Positions 61,045 to 64,000 of a stretch of 64,000 bases of DNA are shown piece by piece. Both the position numbers and the translations under genes were made by a program. A model generated the notes under the pieces. That model was not told the origin of the DNA and searched no databases. It worked only from the letters and a program-made list of their open reading frames with translations. Position 1 is the first letter of the stretch; each line of letters starts with the position of its first letter. This DNA comes from Flectonema sp. DT1601 (Eukaryota). Location: positions 1,116,001-1,180,000 of the forward strand of contig OZ025787.1 of assembly GCA_964019425.1 (NCBI GenBank). The letters run 5' to 3'.

Positions 61045-61326
61045 TAAGATTATTGAATGACGTCTTCGACTTAACTTAAAGACTTTGCTGTTTTTTTTTA
61101 AAAAAAACAAACAAACAGCCTTTCTTGTCATTCGCCTAACCTAATAGCGGTCTATGGATTGAAGTGTTTTATACAACAGTTATATTCTTTTATCACATTC
61201 TTGTCGCTTAATATATTTCATTCTTTCATTAACAAATATGAATATGTGTAGTTTGCGGGTTTGCGGGTTTGCGGGTTTGCGGGTTCTTTTTTTTTTTGTT
61301 ATTATTGTCAAACAGGATCCAAGACG

Positions 61327-62046
61327 ATGGGAAAACACGCTGTGTGCTTTGACCTCGATGACACGTTGTGGGATATCGTACCCGCTATTGTACGTGCGGA
61401 ATCAACACTGGCTGAATGGATTGAGGAAAGAGTTGGAGAAGATGTAGCTGCGGCATTTATTAATCAAGAGAAATTCGATTCTTTGAAAAATTACATATTT
61501 GAGAAACACAGCGATTTAGTAACAGCTTGCAAACTACGAGAAGTGAGGAGGGAAATAATCAAAGAAGGTTTAACTCGTGGAAGGTATTCTGGAAATGATA
61601 TGGAAGACTTTGTAGACGAAGCTCTTAATTACTATCTTAGAATGAGAAGTACTGTCGACCTGTTCCCCAGCTGTGTAGATGTTTTAGAAAAACTGTCTTC
61701 CAGACACTCTCTTGGTGTTGTCACCAATGGAAATGCTGATCTCAATTTTATTGGTATCAACAAATATTTTTCATGTCACATGGCAGCTTTCCATCCTGGC
61801 ATGAGGCCTAAACCTCACTTTGAGATGTTTCACGCAGCATCTGCTGCTCTCAGTACCCCCCTTGCTAATATTATAATGGTAGGTGATAGTCTTAAAAATG
61901 ATATTCAGCCTGCTCTTGATCTTGGAATGAAAGCTGTGTTCATTGATATAAAAGCTCCTGGTACTGCAATCCCCCCGGCTGGTGTACTAACTGTATCCCA
62001 CCTTGAAGACCTGCCGGATGCTGTAGCATCTTTAGTTGATCTGTAG
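61327..62046 (+). CDS. HAD-superfamily hydrolase, subfamily IA (YigB/NanP-like)
   Basis: FDLDDTLW, VTNGN, KP, MVGDSLKND. The ATG at 61327 follows a poly-T tract and AG. Confidence 0.92.
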   Translation: MGKHAVCFDLDDTLWDIVPAIVRAESTLAEWIEERVGEDVAAAFINQEKFDSLKNYIFEKHSDLVTACKLREVRREIIKEGLTRGRYSGNDMEDFVDEALNYYLRMRSTVDLFPSCVDVLEKLSSRHSLGVVTNGNADLNFIGINKYFSCHMAAFHPGMRPKPHFEMFHAASAALSTPLANIIMVGDSLKNDIQPALDLGMKAVFIDIKAPGTAIPPAGVLTVSHLEDLPDAVASLVDL

Positions 62047-62160
62047 GGATTATGAGTTTTTGAAATTATTATTATTATTATTATTATTATAAATTTTATT
62101 TTGTTTCTTAAAAAATTCTTTTTTTTTAAAACAAAAAAGGGGATTTCTTTTATATAAAAG

Positions 62161-63105
62161 ATGCCAACTTTCGCGATAAATAGATCAAAGCTTCTCGAGG
62201 GAATACTAAAAAGAGAAGGATGGGAATGTGTTATTGACATCAACGAGCCCTGTGTTGGTCTCTCAATGTGGGATTCACTGAGTAAGCCAGGCATTCCGGG
62301 ACCAACTGACTGCAAATTACGGTGTTTACGAAAAGATGAGTCTTCTAGTATTGATAATAAAAAACATCTTTGGACTCATCTACGAGATTCAATTAGGAAG
62401 TCTTTACCTGAAACAATTTTTGGTGATATAAATCCACCTGTTTTTGATAAAAGTGGGATTTGGTTTTTAAAAAAAGGACATACTTCTGGAGGTAAAGATA
62501 TCCATTGTGGATCTTATCAAGAGATTCAAACAATATTACAAAGTGTTGATAATAAGAAGCAATGGGTAATTCAAAGGGGGGTTAACTCATGTTTGATTAA
62601 CGGAAAAAAATGGACTCTAAGATCATACGTGTTATACCACCCTAACAGATCTGTGTGGTTGTTTGAAGAGGGTATTGCTATTATTCATAAGGTTGAGTTC
62701 GATCCCGACAGTACTGAACGTGAGATTCACGTTGACCATATCGGATGCACCAGAATAGCATTTTCATCTCTTTCGATGTTCGATGACGTATTACCAAAAT
62801 TAAAAAATCTTGTTGCGGATATATTTAAAGCTTATCAACCGTTCCTAAATAAGGACTCAGATCCTTCTCGTTATCATTTATTCGGATTAGACTTTATAAT
62901 AACTGAAGACCTCTTACCGATATTAATTGAGGTCAATATGTTTCCCAATATGTCATCCAGTTCAAGAAATGTCGCAAAACAAATAAAATTAAACGTCTTC
63001 GAATCGATGTATTCACTACTGATCGCTCCTCTCATTGAAGGAAAAGAACCTGAGAGCGATGGTTTCGTATGCGTATTGGGGCCATACAATAGCTCGCAGG
63101 AATGA
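62161..63105 (+). CDS. Tubulin-tyrosine ligase family (ATP-grasp) protein
   Basis: WFLKK..TSGGKDI, VIQRGV..LINGKKWTLRSYVL, LFGLDFII, LIEVNMFP. Confidence 0.9.
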   Translation: MPTFAINRSKLLEGILKREGWECVIDINEPCVGLSMWDSLSKPGIPGPTDCKLRCLRKDESSSIDNKKHLWTHLRDSIRKSLPETIFGDINPPVFDKSGIWFLKKGHTSGGKDIHCGSYQEIQTILQSVDNKKQWVIQRGVNSCLINGKKWTLRSYVLYHPNRSVWLFEEGIAIIHKVEFDPDSTEREIHVDHIGCTRIAFSSLSMFDDVLPKLKNLVADIFKAYQPFLNKDSDPSRYHLFGLDFIITEDLLPILIEVNMFPNMSSSSRNVAKQIKLNVFESMYSLLIAPLIEGKEPESDGFVCVLGPYNSSQE

Positions 63106-63491
63106 GATGAGAGATTCACATTTCTGTTTTTCAGTTTCGGTTATTTATTCAAATTCTGTTGATTTTTTTTTTTTTTTGTTTTTTTTTTTTGTTTGTTGCA
63201 ACATCTGTTTCAATTCAGTGAACAGGTATAGAAGTATTTTCTTTTTGACATCTGCAATTTTTTCTTTTCTCATAGATAAAAGTACATTTTTGTTCTCCAA
63301 CAATTATTTTATTTCATATTAAATTACTTCCCTCTTCAGAATTTTAATTATCACTATAGTTCACTGAATTTTAGACAAGATGGCTTTTAATCAGTTTTTC
63401 ATGTTTATAATCAAACAATATTAACTTTCCTCTTTCAGAATTATAAAAAACACACAAAGAGGAATATAAGTATTCCAAGTAGAGGGTAACA

Positions 63492-63734
63492 ATGCCTGGA
63501 GGAAAGTCTAAGCTGACAGTGAACCCTCAGTTCTTGCGGTCGAGTTTTGCTGTTGGTGAAGACAGTCCTGGTGGTCAGAGCGGGAAAACTGATGTTCAAA
63601 AACAAGAAGTAACTCAAACTGATCCAGAAACAATTGTAATACCGCAAGACAACAACAACAATAACAACAAGAATGAAGTTACAGGACAGCCAACTACTAA
63701 AAAAGATAGCGGGGGATGTTGCATTATATCATAG
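63492..63734 (+). CDS. Small protein with a C-terminal CaaX/palmitoylation signal
   Basis: 80 aa ending KKDSGGCCIIS*; pyrimidine tract plus CAG upstream at ~63425-63438. Confidence 0.7.
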   Translation: MPGGKSKLTVNPQFLRSSFAVGEDSPGGQSGKTDVQKQEVTQTDPETIVIPQDNNNNNNKNEVTGQPTTKKDSGGCCIIS

Positions 63735-64000
63735 TATTCATCCATTTGTTATTTCTTGCAGCTCTACGATAAGTTTATTAATATTCGATAGAAGAAGTTG
63801 AAGTGTTGTCTTACATCGAATCCCCTCTCGTGTTATATCAACTAGAAGATTATCGTGTGATTGAGGTAGGAGATAATTTTGCTTTTTCAAGCAAAGTTTT
63901 TTACAAGTTTTTTTTTTTTTTTTTTTTTTTTTGAAGGAATCGAAAATTTGCATCCTACTTTCTGTTCTTATTTTAGCTGATTGGAGTATTGAACAAGACC

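Overview
Eukaryotic, probably protist, DNA in two parts. Bases 1-56444 are a nest of mobile elements and satellites. After a 200-N gap (56445-56644) comes a compact, co-oriented host gene cluster: LRRC46-like, Acinus-like with one GT-AG intron, HAD hydrolase, TTL-family ligase, a CaaX peptide and two hypothetical ORFs. The repeat nest holds a decayed Polinton/adintovirus-like fragment, two decayed piggyBacs (one with its empty site in a duplicated segment), TA-flanked MITEs, ~30-bp and ~140-bp satellites, and two RLE-type non-LTR retrotransposons. Two results stand out. (1) A CRE-clade retrotransposon, reassembled across nested insertions (18246-27512 plus 45713-45917), encodes RT, RLE, Pro-rich repeats, a USP/C19 deubiquitinase and an RNase H1-type hybrid-binding domain. 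(2) Three otherwise unrelated repeat families (called R1, D and E here), and probably a fourth at 732-770, end at a fixed terminus carrying the same covarying stem-loop, AGGRC-N-stem-CAAAA-stem-CW-GYCC...ATTC. They form head-to-tail multimers with variable distal ends and no visible TSD. E lies directly downstream of an intact HERO-like RT ORF, which suggests one mobilisation system. All calls come from reading motifs by eye; no database searches were run.
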